In this document: positions 23,902 through 37,795 of the stretch, piece by piece
Position numbering within the stretch: the first letter of the stretch is position 1
Layout: every line of letters starts with the position of its first letter
Program-made: the position numbers and the translations under genes
Source of the DNA: Eledone cirrhosa
Lineage: Eukaryota
DNA: 64,000 bases
Direction of reading: 5' to 3'
NCBI GenBank assembly: GCA_964016885.1
Contig: OZ024740.1
Coordinates: 235,290,001 to 235,354,000, forward strand
Notes under the pieces: model-generated
Databases searched by the model: none
What the model saw: the letters and a program-made list of their open reading frames with translations, nothing else
What the model was told of the DNA's origin: nothing

Positions 23902-26655
23902 CCCCCCACTCTGTTGGTCTTCACAACACCACCATTAGCTATTCCATACACCACCTCTCCTCCCCCACTCTGTTGGTCTTCACAACTCCACCATTAGCTA
24001 TTCCATACACCACCTCTCCTCCCCCACTCTGTTGGTCTTCACAACTCCTCCATTAGCTATTCCATACACCACCTCTCCTCCCCCACTCTGTTGGTCTTCA
24101 CAACTCCTCCATTAGCTATTCCATACACCACCTCTCCTCCCCCATTCTGTTGGTCTTCACAATTCCTCCATTAGCTATTCCATACACCACCTCTCCTCCC
24201 CCACTCTGTTGGTCTTCACAATTCCTCCATTAGCTATTCCATACACCACCTCTCCACCCCCACTCTGTTGGTCTTCACAACTCCTCCATTAGCTATTCCA
24301 TACACCACCTCTCCTCCCCCACTCTGTTGGTCTTCACAACTCCACCATTAGCTATTCCATACACCATCTCTCCTCCCCCACTCTGTTGGTCTTCACAACT
24401 CCTCCATTAGCTATTCCATACACCACCTCTCCTCCCCCACTCTGTTGGTCTTCACAACTCCTCCATTAGCTATTCCATACACCACCTCTCCTCCCCCACT
24501 CTGTTGGTCTTCACAACTCCTCCATTAGCTATTCCATACACCACCTCTCCTCCCCCACTCTGTTGGTCTTCACAACTCCACCATTAGCTATTCCATACAC
24601 CATCTCTCCTCCCCCACTCTGTTGGTCTTCACAACTCCTCCATTAGCTATTCCATACACCACCTCTCCTCCCCCACTCTGTTGGTCTTCACAACTCCTCC
24701 ATTAGCTATTCCATACACCACCTCTCCTCCCCCACTCTGTTGGTCTTCACAACTCCTCCATTAGCTATTCCATACACCATCTCTCCTCCCCCACTCTGTT
24801 GGTCTTCACAACTCCTCCATTAGCTATTCCATACACCACCTCTCCTCCCCCATTCTGTTGGTCTTCACAATTCCTCCATTAGCTATTCCATACACCACCT
24901 CTCCTCCCCCATTCTGTTGGTCTTCACAATTCCTCCATTAGCTATTCCATACACCACCTCTCCTCCCCCACTCTGTTGGTCTTCACAATTCCTCCATTAG
25001 CTATTCCATACACTACCTCTCCACCCCCACTCTGTTGGTCTTCACAACTCCTCCATTAGCTATTCCATACACCATCTCTCCTCCCCCACTCTGTTGGTCT
25101 TCACAATTCCTCCATTAGCTATTCCATACACTACCTCTCCACCCCCCACTCTGTTGGTCTTCACAACTCCTCCATTAGCTATTCCATACACCACCTCTCC
25201 ACCCCCACTCTGTTGGTCTTCACAACTCCTCCATTAGCTATTCCATACACCACCTCTCCTCCCCCACTCTGTTGGTCTTCACAACTCCACCATTAGCTAT
25301 TCCATACACCATCTCTCCTCCCCCACTCTGTTGGTCTTCACAACTCCTCCATTAGCTATTCCATACACCACCTCTCCTCCCCCACTCTGTTGGTCTTCAC
25401 AACTCCTCCATTAGCTATTCCATACACCACCTCTCCTCCCCCACTCTGTTGGTCTTCACAACTCCTCCATTAGCTATTCCATACACCACCTCTCCTCCCC
25501 CACTCTGTTGGTCTTCACAACTCCACCATTAGCTATTCCATACACCATCTCTCCTCCCCCACTCTGTTGGTCTTCACAACTCCTCCATTAGCTATTCCAT
25601 ACACCACCTCTCCTCCCCCACTCTGTTGGTCTTCACAACTCCTCCATTAGCTATTCCATACACCACCTCTCCTCCCCCACTCTGTTGGTCTTCACAACTC
25701 CTCCATTAGCTATTCCATACACCACCTCTCCTCCCCCACTCTGTTGGTCTTCACAACTCCTCCATTAGCTATTCCATACACCACCTCTCCTCCCCCACTC
25801 TGTTGGTCTTCACAACTCCTCCATTAGCTATTCCATACACCACCTCTCCTCCCCCACTCTGTTGGTCTTCACAACTCCACCATTAGCTATTCCATACACC
25901 ATCTCTCCTCCCCCACTCTGTTGGTCTTCACAACTCCTCCATTAGCTATTCCATACACCACCTCTCCTCCCCCACTCTGTTGGTCTTCACAACTCCTCCA
26001 TTAGCTATTCCATACACCACCTCTCCTCCCCCACTCTGTTGGTCTTCACAACTCCACCATTAGCTATTCCATACACCATCTCTCCTCCCCCACTCTGTTG
26101 GTCTTCACAACTCCTCCATTAGCTATTCCATACACCACCTCTCCTCCCCCACTCTGTTGGTCTTCACAACTCCTCCATTAGCTATTCCATACACCACCTC
26201 TCCTCCCCCACTCTGTTGGTCTTCACAACTCCTCCATTAGCTATTCCATACACCACCTCTCCTCCCCCACTCTGTTGGTCTTCACAACTCCTCCATTAGC
26301 TATTCCATACACCACCTCTCCTCCCCCACTCTGTTGGTCTTCACAACTCCTCCATTAGCTATTCCATACACCACCTCTCCTCCCCCACTCTGTTGGTCTT
26401 CACAACTCCACCATTAGCTATTCCATACACCATCTCTCCTCCCCCACTCTGTTGGTCTTCACAACTCCTCCATTAGCTATTCCATACACCATCTCTCCTC
26501 CCCCACTCTGTTGGTCTTCACAACTCCTCCATTAGCTATTCCATACACCACCTCTCCTCCCCCACTCTGTTGGTCTTCACAACTCCTCCATTAGCTATTC
26601 CATACACCACCTCTCCTCCCCCACTCTGTTGGTCTTCACAACTCCTCCATTAGCT
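23902..26655. repeat. 59-bp satellite, about 46-47 near-identical copies
   Basis: Unit CCCCCACTCTGTTGGTCTTCACAACTCCTCCATTAGCTATTCCATACACCACCTCTCCT; shifts one base per 60-nt line. Confidence 0.97.
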
Positions 26656-26659
26656 CCAC

Positions 26660-27070
26660 TATCATCTTTATCATCATCATTATTGTTATCACCACCACCA
26701 CTACCACTACCACCATTATTGTCACCATAACCACTCACCACCACCCACCACTATCATCAGCATCACCACCACCACCATCATTATCATCAGCATCACCACC
26801 ATCATTATCGTCACCACCACCATCATCATCATCACCATCATCATCACAACCACCACCACCAGCACTACCACCATCATTCTTATCATCACCCTTACCATTG
26901 TCACCACCACCACCACCACCATCACCACCACCACCACCACCACCACTTCCACCATCATCACCACCGCCATCATCACCATCACCACCACCACCATCATCAT
27001 CACCACCACCACCACCACCACCACCACCATCACCATCATCACCATCATCACCACCACCACCACCACCATA
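26660..27070. repeat. (CAC)n/(CAT)n microsatellite
   Basis: Read directly. Confidence 0.92.
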
Positions 27071-27469
27071 GCTACAACTTCCGCCTGTGTTCTACCTCAT
27101 CACTGTTGATGATTTGTAGATAAGCTAAAGATGATTTTAGTTGGATTAAAACTGTTCACATGGAAGTTGTCTGTTAGGATAATTCAGTTTGGAATATTGA
27201 ATAATGTGTGGGTAGTTTGGTGGATGCTATGGTGTGGTGTGGTGTTGTTGAGGCAGTGGTGTGTGGTGGTGTAAGCTATATAGTGGTTAGAGGTATATGG
27301 AGTATGAAAATAGTTGGAGGGGATGGTGGGTAATGGAGCAGAAGAGTGGGATGGGAGTGAACTTGGTGGAAACTTGATATATTTTTTCCATCCTACAGTA
27401 AAATTATTTCCATCAACAATCTATTAAAACTGTAGATTCATATTTCTAGTTTTTTTGTTCCCTGATTGG

Positions 27470-27830
27470 AAGGATAGAGCTCTTACAAAGTCCACCAAAA
27501 AGAAAGTAATCAAGACATTAGTGTGGCCAGAAGCTCTATATGGTTGTGAGTCAGGGACTTTAAAGGCATCTGACTTGAAATGACTGAGTGCATTTGAAAT
27601 GTCATGTTTTAGGTGTGCACTTAGATTTAGCTGGACAGCTCACAGAACAAATGAATCTGTTCTGGAAGAGATTGGTGTCAATTGACAGTTGGTTGAAACA
27701 GTAAAGAAAAGGCAACTTCAGTATTTTGGTGATGAGTTTGGCGAAATGTATGGCAATGGCAAGAGACAGGAAAAGATGGAGAGTGCTGGTCCATACGTCC
27801 ATGACCCCCAACCATCAGATATGAGGATGG
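27470..27830 (+). mobile_element. Decayed RTE/BovB-like LINE 3' fragment
   Basis: KVIKTLVWPEALYGCESGTLK..*LSAFEMSCFR...SWTAHRTNESVLEEIG. Confidence 0.65.
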
Positions 27831-27967
27831 GATGAGAGCGAGTGAGCGATTATTGTGAAAACAATCCATTGTATGGCAAAAATGTTTCAATTACTGTACT
27901 CCTTAAACACAAGCCATTTTGCTTAAAATAACTTCCACTACATTTCTTGAACTGGAACCAGTATCTA

Positions 27968-28133
27968 ATCGGTAGAGCGTCAGACACCATGCTTTGCAGC
28001 ATAGTTATGGCCCATTGCGTTCTGAGTTCAAATCCCGCCGAGGTTAGCTTTGCCATTCTTCCTTATGGTGTTGATAAAATAAAGCACCAGTAATGCACTG
28101 GGGTAATTGCTGGCTGTGTGCCAAAACTAGAAA
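27968..28133 (+). mobile_element. SINE family B copy
   Basis: Close reverse complement of 38437-38614. Confidence 0.8.
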
Positions 28134-28189
28134 GAGTAATCTATTATAGATGTTTGTCCAGGGTTATGGATCTCCAGTTTCAGGTAAAT

Positions 28190-31100
28190 AGTATTGGTCA
28201 CTGTTCTGTTAGTGGTCAGTACTGGTCACTGCTGTGTTAGTGCTGAGTACTGGTCACTGTTGTTAGTGTCAGTACTGGTCACTGCTGTGTTAGTGCTGAG
28301 TACTGGTCACTGTTGTTAGTGTCAGTACTGGTCATTGCTGTGTTAGTGCTGAGTGCTGGTCACTGTTGTTAGTGTCAGTACTGGTCATTGCTGTGTTAGT
28401 GCTGAGTGCTGGTCACTGTTGTTAGTGTTAGTACTGGTCACTGCTGTGTTAGTGCTGAGTGCTGGTCACTGTTGTTAGTGTCAGTATTGGTCACTGTTGT
28501 GTTAGTAGTCAGTAGTGGTCACTGTTGTTAGTGGTCAGTACTGGTCACTGTTGTTAGTAGTCACTACTAGTCACTTGTTAGTGCTGAGTGCTGGTCACTG
28601 TTGTTAGAGGTCAGTATTGGTTACTGTTGTGTTAGTGGTCAGTACTGGTCACTGTTGTTAGTGATCAGTACTTGTCACTGTTGTTAGTGCTGAGTGCTGG
28701 TCACTTGTTAGTGGTCAGTTTTGGTCACTGTTGTTAGTGGTCAGTTTTGGTCACTGTTGTTAGTGGTCAGTATTGGTCACTGTTGTTAGTGCTGAGTGCT
28801 GGTCACTGTTGTTAGTGGTCAGTTCTGGTTGTTTCTGTATCAGTGGTCAGTTCTGGTTGTTGTTGCTGTATTAGTGGTCAGTTCTGGTTTTGTTGTTGTA
28901 TCTGGTCAGTTCTGGTTGTTTCTGTATCAGTGGTCAGTTCTGGTTGTTGTTGCTGTATCAGTGGTCAGTTCTGGTTTTGTTGTTGTATCAGTGGTCAGTT
29001 CTGGTTGTTGTTGCTGTATTAGTGGTCAGTTCTGGTTGTTGTTGCTGTATTAGTGGTCAGTTCTGGTTGTTGGTGTTGCTGTATTAGTGGTCAGTTCTGG
29101 TTGTTGTTGTTGTTGTATTAGTGGTCAGTTCTGGTTGTTGGTGTTGCTGTATCAGTAGTCAGTTCTGGTTGTTGTTGTTGTTGTATTAGTGGTCAGTTCT
29201 GGTTGTTGTTGCTGTATCAGTAGTCAGTTCTGGTTGTTGTTGTTGTATTAGTGGTCAGTTCTGGTTGTTGTTGTTGTTGTATCAGTGGTCAGTTCTGGTT
29301 GTTGTTGTATCAGTAATCAGTTCTGGTTGTTGTTGTATTAGTGGTCAGTTCTGGTTGTTGTTGCTGTATCAGTAATCAGTTCTGGTTGTTGTTGTATCAG
29401 TGGTCAGTTCTTGTTGTTGTTGCTGTATCAGTGGTCAGTTCTGGTTGTTGGTGTTGCTGTATCAGTGGTCAGTTCTGGTTGTTGTTGTATCAGTGGTCAG
29501 TTCTGGTTGTTGTTGTTGTTGTATTAGTGGTCAGTTCTGGTTGTTGGTGTTGCTGTATCAGTAGTCAGTTCTGGTTGTTGTTGTTACTGTATCAATAGTC
29601 AGTTCTGGTTGTTGTTGCTGTATTAGTGGTCAGTTCAGGTTGTTGTTGTTGTTGTTGTATTAGTGGTCAGTTCTGGTTGTTGTTGTATTAGTGGTCAGTT
29701 TTGGTTGTTGTTGTTGCTGTATCAGTAGTCAGTTTTGGTTGTTGTTGTATTAGTGGTCAGTTCTGGTTGTTGTTGTTGCTGTATTAGTGGTCAGTTCTGG
29801 TTGTTGTTGTTGTTGTTGTATTAGTGGTCAGTTCTGGTTGTTGTTGTTGTATTAGTGGTTAGTTCTGGTTGTTGTTGCTGTATTAGTGGTCAGTTGTTGT
29901 TGTATTAGTGGTCAGTTCTGGTTGGTGTTGCTGTATCAGTAGTCAGTTCTGGTTGTTGTTGTTGTATCAGTGGTCAGTTCTGGTTGTTGTTGTATTAGTG
30001 GTCAGTTCTGGTTGTTGTTGTTGCTGTATTAGTGGTCAGTTCTGGTTGTTGTTGTTGCTGTATTAGTGGTCAGTTCTGGTTGTTGTTGTTGTATTAGTGG
30101 TCAGTTCTGGTTGTTGTTGTTGTTGTATTAGTGGTCAGTTCTGGTTGTTGCTGTATCAGTAGTCAGTTCTGGTTGTTGTTGTTGCTGTATTAGTGGTCAG
30201 TTCTGGTTGTTGTTGTTGTTGTATTAGTGGTCAGTTCTGGTTGTTGTTGCTGTATTAGTGGTCAGTTCTGGTTGTTGTTGTTGTATTAGTGGTCAGTTCT
30301 GGTTCGTGTTGTTGTTGTATTAGTGGTCAGTTCTGGTTGTTGTTGCTGTATCAGTAGTCAGTTCTGGTTGTTGTTGTTGTATTAGTGGTCAGTTCTGGTT
30401 GTTGTTGTTGTATCAGTGGTCAGTTCTGGTTGTTGTTGTATCAGTAATCAGTTCTGGTTGTTGTTGTATTAGTGGTCAGTTCTGGTTGTTGTTGCTGTAT
30501 TAGTGGTCAGTTCTGGTTGTTGTTGTTGCTGTATTAGTGGTCAGTTCTGGTTGTTGTTGTTGTATTAGTTGTCAGTTCTGGTTGTTGTTGTTGTTGTATT
30601 AGTGGTCAGTTCTGGTTGTTGCTGTATCAGTAGTCAGTTCTGGTTGTTGTTGTTGCTGTATTAGTGGTCAGTTCTGGTTGTTGTTGTTGTTGTATTAGTG
30701 GTCAGTTCTGGTTGTTGTTGCTGTATTAGTGGTCAGTTCTGGTTGTTGGTGTTGCTGTATCAGTAGTCAGTTCTGGTTGTTGTTGTTGTTGTTGTATTAG
30801 TGGTCAGTTCTGGTTGTTGTTGCTGTATCAGTAGTCAGTTCTGGTTGTTGTTGTTGTATTAGTGGTCAGTTCTGGTTGTTGTTGTTGTTGTATCAGTGGT
30901 CAGTTCTGGTTGTTGTTGTATCAGTAATCAGTTCTGGTTGTTGTATTAGTGGTCAGTTCTGGTTGTTGTTGCTGTATCAGTAATCAGTTCTGGTTGTTGT
31001 TGTATCAGTGGTCAGTTCTTGTTGTTGTTGCTGTATCAGTGGTCAGTTCTGGTTGTTGGTGTTGCTGTATCAGTGGTCAGTTCTGGTTGTTGTTGTATCA

Positions 31101-34100
31101 GTGGTCAGTTCTGGTTGTTGTTGTTGTTGTATTAGTGGTCAGTTCTGGTTGTTGGTGTTGCTGTATCAGTAGTCAGTTCTGGTTGTTGTTGTTACTGTAT
31201 CAGTAGTCAGTTCTGGTTGTTGTTGCTGTATTAGTGGTCAGTTCTGGTTGTTGTTGTTGTTGTATTAGTGGTCAGTTCTGGTTGTTGTTGTATTAGTGGT
31301 CAGTTTTGGTTGTTGTTGTTGTTGTATTAGTGGTCAGTTCTGGTTGTTGTTGTTGCTGTATCAGTAGTCAGTTCTGGTTGTTGTTGCTGTATTAGTGGTC
31401 AGTTCTGGTTGTTGTTGTTGCTGTATTAGTGGTCAGTTCTGGTTGTTGTTGTTGTATTAGTGGTCAGTTCTGGTTGTTGTTGTTGTTGTATTAGTGGTCA
31501 GTTCTGGTTGTTGCTGTATCAGTAGTCAGTTCTGGTTGTTGTTGTTGCTGTATTAGTGGTCAGTTCTGGTTGTTGTTGTTGTTGTATTAGTGGTCAGTTC
31601 TGGTTGTTGTTGCTGTATTAGTGGTCAGTTCTGGTTGTTGTTGTTGTATTAGTGGTCAGTTCTGGTTGGTGTTGTTGTTGTATTAGTGGTCAGTTCTGGT
31701 TGTTGCTGTATCAGTAGTCAGTTCTGGTTGTTGTTGCTGTATTAGTGGTCAGTTCTGGTTGTTGTTGTTGTTGTATTAGTGGTCAGTTCTGGTTGGTGTT
31801 GTTGTTGTATCAGTAGTCAGTTCTGGTTGTTGCTGTATCAGTAGTCAGTTCTGGTTGTTGTTGCTGTATTAGTGGTCAGTTCTGGTTGTTGTTGTTGCTG
31901 TATTAGTGGTCAGTTCTGGTTGTTGTTGTTGCTGTATTAGTGGTCAGTTCTGGTTGTTGTTGTTGTATTAGTGGTCAGTTCTGGTTGTTGTTGTTGCTGT
32001 ATCAGTAGTCAGTTTTGGTTGTTGTTGTTGCTGTATCAGTAGTCAGTTCTGGTTGTTGTTGCTGTATTAGTGGTCAGTTCTGGTTGTTGTTGTTGCTGTA
32101 TTAGTGGTCAGTTCTGGTTGTTGTTGTTGTTGTATTAGTGGTCAGTTCCGGTTGTTGTTGTTGCTGTATTAGTGGTCAGTTCTGGTTGTTGTTGCTGTAT
32201 TAGTGGTCAGTTCTGGTTGTTGTTGTTGTTGTATTAGTGGTCAGTTCTGGTTGTTGTTGTTGTATTAGTGGTCAGTTCTGGTTGTTGTTGTTGTTGCTGT
32301 ATCAGTAGTCAGTTTTGGTTGTTGTTGTTGCTGTATCAGTAGTCAGTTCTGGTTGTTGTTGCTGTATTAGTGGTCAGTTCTGGTTGTTGTTGTTGCTGTA
32401 TCAGTAGTCAGTTCTGGTTGTTGTTGCTGTATTAGTGGTCAGTTCTGGTTGTTGTTGTTGTTGTATTAGTGGTCAGTTCTGGTTGTTGTTGTTGTTGTAT
32501 TAGTGGTCAGTTCTGGTTGTTGTTGTCGCTGTATTAGTGGTCAGTTCTGGTTGGTGTTGCTGTATCAGTAGTCAGTTCTGGTTGTTGTTGTTGCGGTATT
32601 AGTGGTCAGTTCTGGTTGTTGTTGTATTAGTGGTCAGTTCTGGTTGTTGTTGTTGTTGTATTAGTGGTCAGTTCTGGTTGTTGCTGTTGTTGTATTAGTG
32701 GTCAGTTCTGGTTGTTGTTGTATTAGTGGTCAGTTCTGGTGGTTCTTGTTGTATTAGTGGTCAGTTCTGGTTGTTGCTGTATCAGTAGTCAGTTCTGGTT
32801 GTTGTTGCTGTATTAGTGGTCAGTTCTGGTTGTTGTTGTATTAGTGGTCAGTTCTGGTTGTTGTTGTTGCTGTATTAGTGGTCAGTACTGGTTGTTGTTG
32901 TATTAATGGTCAGTTCTGGTTGTTGTTGTTGTTGTATTAGTGGTCAGTTCTGGTTGTTGTATTAGTGGTCAGTTCTGGTTGTTGTTGCTGTATTAGTGGT
33001 CAGTTCTGGTTGTTGTTGTATTAGTGGTCAGTTCTGGTTGTTGTTGTATTAGTGGTCAGTTCTGGTTGTTGCTGTATCAGTAGTCAGTTCTGGTTGTTGT
33101 TGTTGCTGTATTAGTGGTCAGTTCTGGTTGTTGTTGTATTAGTGGTCAGTTCTGGTTGTTGTTGTTGCTGTATTAGTGGTCAGTTCTGGTTGTTGTTGTA
33201 TTAGTGGTTAGTTCTGGTTGTTGTTGCTGTATTAGTGGTCAGTTGTTGTTGTATTAGTGGTCAGTTCTGGTTGGTGTTGCTGTATCAGTAGTCAGTTCTG
33301 GTTGTTGTTGTTGTTGTATCAGTGGTCAGTTCTGGTTGTTGTTGTATTAGTGGTCAGTTCTGGTTGTTGTTGTTGTTGTATCAGTGGTCAGTTCTGGTTG
33401 TTGTTGTATTAGTGGTCAGTTCTGGTTGTTGTTGTTGTTGTATTAGTGGTCAGTTCTGGTTGTTGTTGTTGCTGTATCAGTGGTCAGTTCTGGTTGTTGT
33501 TGTTGTATCAGTAATCAGTTCTGGTTGTTGTTGTTGTTGTATCAGTGGTCAGTTCTGGTTGTTGTTGTATCAGTAATCAGTTCTGGTTGTTGTTGTTGTA
33601 TTATTGGTCAGTTCTGGTTGTTGTTGCTGTATTAGTGTGCAGTTCCGGTTGTTGTTGTATTAGTGGTCAGTTCTGGTTGTTGTTGTTGTATTAGTGGTCA
33701 GTTCTGGTTGTTGTTGTTGTATTAGTGGTCAGTTCTGGTTGTTGTTGCTGTATTAGTGGTCAGTTCCGGTTGTTGCTGTATTAGTGGTCAGTTCTGGTTG
33801 TTGTTGTTGTATTAGTGGTCAGTTCTGGTTGTTGTTGTTGTATTAGTGGTCAGTTCTGGTTGTTGTTGTTGTATTAGTGGTCAGTTCTGGTTGTTGTTGC
33901 TGTATTAGTGGTCAGTTCTGGTTGTTGTTGTATTAGTGGTCAGTTCTGGTTGTTGTTGCTGTATCAGTAGTCAGTTCTGGTTGTTGTTGCTGTATTAGTG
34001 GTCAGTTCTGGTTGTTGCTGTATCAGTGGTCAGTTCTGGTTGTTGTTGCTGTATTAGTGGTCAGATCTGGTTGTTGTATTAGTGGTCAATTCTGGTTGGT

Positions 34101-35035
34101 GTTGCTGTATTAGTGGTATGCTCTCGTTGTCGTTGTTGTATTAGTGGTCAGTTCTGGTTGTTGTTGTTGTATCAGTGGTCAGTTCTGGTTGTTGTTGCTG
34201 TATCAGTAGTCAGTTCTGGTTGTTGGTGTTGCTGTATTAGTGGTCAGTTCTGGTTGTTGTATTAGTGGTCAGTTCTGGTTGTCGTTGTATTAATGATCAG
34301 ATCTGGTTGGTGTTGTTGCTTTGTTAGTGGTCAGTTCTGCTTGGTGATGTTGCTGCAGTAGTTGTAAGTTCTGGTTGGTGTTGCTGCTGTATTAGTGGTC
34401 AGTTCTGGTTGTTGTATTAGTGGTCAGATCTGGTTGGTGTTGTTGCTGTATGAATGGTCAGATGTGGTTGGTGTTTTTGCTTTGTTAGTGGTCAGTTCTG
34501 GTTGGTGTTGTTGCTGTGTTAATGGTCAGATCTGGTTGGTGTTGTTGCTTTGTTAGTGGTCAGTTCTGGTTGGTGTTGTTGCCGTGTTAATGGTCAGATC
34601 TGGTTGGTGTTGTTGCTTTGTTAGTGGTCAGTTCTGGTTGGTGTTGTTGCTGTGTTAATGGTCAGATCTGGTTGGTGTTGTTGCTTTGTTAGTGGTCAGT
34701 TCTGGTTGGTGTTGTTGCTGTGTTAATGGTCAGATCTGGTTGGTGTTGTTGCTTTGTTAGTGGTCAGTTTTGGTTGGTGTTGTTGCTGTGTTAATGGTCA
34801 GATCTGGTTGGTGTTGTTGCTTTGTTAGTGGTCAGTTCTGGTTGGTGTTGTTGCTGTGTTAATGGTCAGATCTGGTTGGTGTTGTTGCTTTGTTAGTGGT
34901 CAGTTCTGGTTGGTGTTGTTGCTGTGTTAATGGTCAGATCTGGTTGGTGTTGTTGCTTTGTTAGTGGTCAGTTCTGGTTGGTGTTGTTGCTGTGTTAGTG
35001 GTCAGTTCTGGTTGGTGTTGCTGCTGTATTCAGTG
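28190..35035. repeat. Variable-unit minisatellite, AGTGGTCAGTTCTG(GTT)nGTATT, with distinct 5' and 3' subdomains
   Basis: Read directly. 28190-28810 uses CAGTACTGGTCACT units; ~34480-35030 is a 68-bp dimer. Confidence 0.97.
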
Positions 35036-35130
35036 GTTAGTGCAAGCTGCTGCTGCTGTTGCTTGAGTAAACAATGAATAGCTAATTACAAACACGTTTT
35101 TCAATTGATAACATTTTATGTTAAAAACAA

Positions 35131-35388
35131 TTAGCCCTTTTGAGACCATATATCCCATTAAATACACTGTTTATGTGTTTCAATTAATTTGGAAAATAAT
35201 CAATAATTTCGAGGTATTTAGTAAAATAATTAAATTTCATAATTATCAAGTTGGTATTTGGAACATAACTTTAAAGCTTTTTACATAAAGTTGTGATGGG
35301 TTGTCATAACTAAAATGTGAACACTTTAAAATAGGTTTTATCATAGAACCAAGGACAGTCTCGAGTAGTTTGGTTTCAAAATAGTTGA
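35131..35388. mobile_element. TTAA-type (piggyBac-like) MITE family 1, degenerate
   Basis: TTAGCCCTTTTGAGACC ... GGTTTCAAAATAGTTGA. Related AT-rich copies at ~8750-9000, 20937-21150, 35860-36300, 52142-52746 and 53187-53370. Confidence 0.55.
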
Positions 35389-36009
35389 TTGAAGATGCTT
35401 TAAAAAGATCAAATATAACACTGGCTACCAGAAAAACCTACTGAGACCTTTCATGCTTCTGATCCTTACAATGAAGGTGGATAATACTATTGCTAGTTAT
35501 ACTTTGAATTTCACTTCAACTGACATGTGTTTGTTGATTCACGAATGCTAAGCTGGTGTTGATCATCCTATGATCTAGTTCTTTGTTCAACATATCATCA
35601 TTACTTATTGTACTTCCCAGCTAAGTCAGTAGTTTGTTTCTACCATCTGCCCTTTATAACAATAGACTTAAGATATACCATTTGGTAAGAGTCAGGACAT
35701 AGCTGATAGAGATCATCTATCTTCCAGATGTTAATTTCAAGCCAAAATTTGTGGCTGCACTGTATCCACCAACCTCTGTTTTATAATGGATAAGGCTACA
35801 GTCATTGGCAAATAATTATTCTATTAATCTTTCCTTCAACATTTTTCTGATGAAAGACTACCTGTGACTTTCAAATAATTTTGAAAATATTAAAGAATTT
35901 GGATGGATTTAGTAATATAACTTTCTCATTATTTATCAGGTGTTTGAAGTATAACTTAAAGATTTTTCATAAAATTATGATGGAAGATTTTTAGATAAAT
36001 ATAAACACT

Positions 36010-36237
36010 TTAACCCTTTAGCATTTATACCGGTTATATCTGGCCAGAATTCTCTCACCTTTTTCTGTTTTAACTGGCTGTACTGGCCACTCATATTGAC
36101 GTTAAGGTATTGTTTTCAAAATAAATAACATCAAAATCTCATAGATTCGATATTATATGAGATAATTATGTAAGATAAAGCCTTTACCACAAAAATACAA
36201 TAGTATATATAGAGTAATGTAAATGCTAAATGGTTAA
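36010..36237. mobile_element. TTAA-type (piggyBac-like) MITE family 2
   Basis: TTAA|CCCTTTAGCATTT ... AAATGCTAAATGG|TTAA. Second copy at 57395-57605. Confidence 0.8.
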
Positions 36238-37237
36238 AGCATACAGCCATAGAACAATCATGGAACCACAAGTGATTACAGGTGGTTTGGTATCAAATGA
36301 ACTACACTATATGTGGTCATAGTCCTACTTTTGAAGTATGACACCATAAACATGTTAATATCAGTTCTTGTTTATAAGTTTACATCTTTGAACATCATTG
36401 GTTTTTCAGAGATATATCAAGAACTACATTATCCAGTCTGTCCTTTCCTTAACTGAGATTATAGCCTTAAGGGATATTTAGCTGCTATTTCTAGCAGGCT
36501 GTGTGATTACATAGAGGCCTCCTTGCTGGCTGAATGGTGTTATAGTATATTGTAGTAGTATGGTTTCATATTGGTGTGGGTTGGTTGCTACATTACAATA
36601 TTTACTCGGCTCTATTCCTGTATTACCCCTATATATCTGTGTAACCCTTGTTTTTCTCTCTTACCCTTGCTCCCCTCCTTGTTAGTCTTGTTACTTATCC
36701 AGTGATTATTTTAATGTGCAGTTGACCCCAGCTTGTGTAGTTTTAAATCTAATTTTGTGCAGTAAATTTACATTTTATGTCAAATACTACAGATGGTTAT
36801 GTGATCAATGATGGTTAAAAGAATTAAAACACTCATAAAATCTTTGATATAGTCATTACAAATGCTTCTCAGACTCGGAGAATATCTAACACTGGATCAT
36901 GGCACCTGCCTCAAAGATTTATGTAGTTCTAATGTTTCCTTAAAATAAACCCTGTTCTCATCCATGTTTTGTGTACCCCTGTTTGTATTCAGTGTTATCT
37001 GCCTAACTCATGTTAATGTGAAAAAATGGTTGATAACCAATGATGATGTTGATGATGTTATCCTCATTCCTTTCCTATTCCTCTCATACATTATCTGTTT
37101 CTCTTCTATATTAACTTTGTTCCTCTCAATTTCCTATGTTAACTCTCTTCTCTGCTGTATTATCCATGTTCTCAATCTGTGTTACCCTTATTTCTGCCTG
37201 TATTAACCCTGTTCTTCACTTATATTAGCCTTGTTTG

Positions 37238-37529
37238 CAGAGGCATAACTAGGGAAATCAGTGCCTATGGCAAGCAGTGAAATTGTGACCCTGCCCAGCA
37301 CTGTATTTTTACCTATGGGCCTAATAATTTATATAAATGGCTTAATAACCCAGCCACCATAGTGTTCTCACCCATGATAATCAGACAGATCATACATCTG
37401 AAGGAGTTTCTTTTTTCACTCTCTGACTTTATTTGACTTTAATAGAATGTGCTCCTAGTCCAAGTGGCGCCCTCTTCATGTGGCGCCCATGGCATGAACC
37501 ATGTTTGCGATACCCTAGTTACACCTCTG
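37238..37529. mobile_element. hAT-type MITE
   Basis: TIRs CAGAGGCATAACTAGGG / CCCTAGTTACACCTCTG; 8-bp flanks CTTGTTTG (37230-37237) and CTTGTTTC (37530-37537). Confidence 0.8.
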
Positions 37530-37795
37530 CTTGTTTCTATTTGTATTAAACCTGTTTCCCACCTATTTTACTTTTGTTTCTATATATATATTAACTCTGT
37601 TTCTCTCTTGTTTTACCCCTGTTTCTGTCAGTATTAACCCTATTGTTACCATTGCTTCACTCCTATCTTATCCCTGCCTCATATGTTATCCTTGATCCTG
37701 CTCTGTATTATCCTTGTTTTTGTCTTATGTTACTCTTGTTTCATTCTCCTGTTATCTACTTTCCTCTTCTTGATTAACCCTATTTCTATTTATAG

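Noticed and set aside
21540-24056. ORFs of 236-269 aa
   Set aside because: Mostly translations of pyrimidine-rich minisatellites.
28810-35035. CRISPR-like look (constant motif with variable intervals)
   Set aside because: The intervals are only (GTT)n length variants, not unique spacers; there are no cas genes and the context is eukaryotic.
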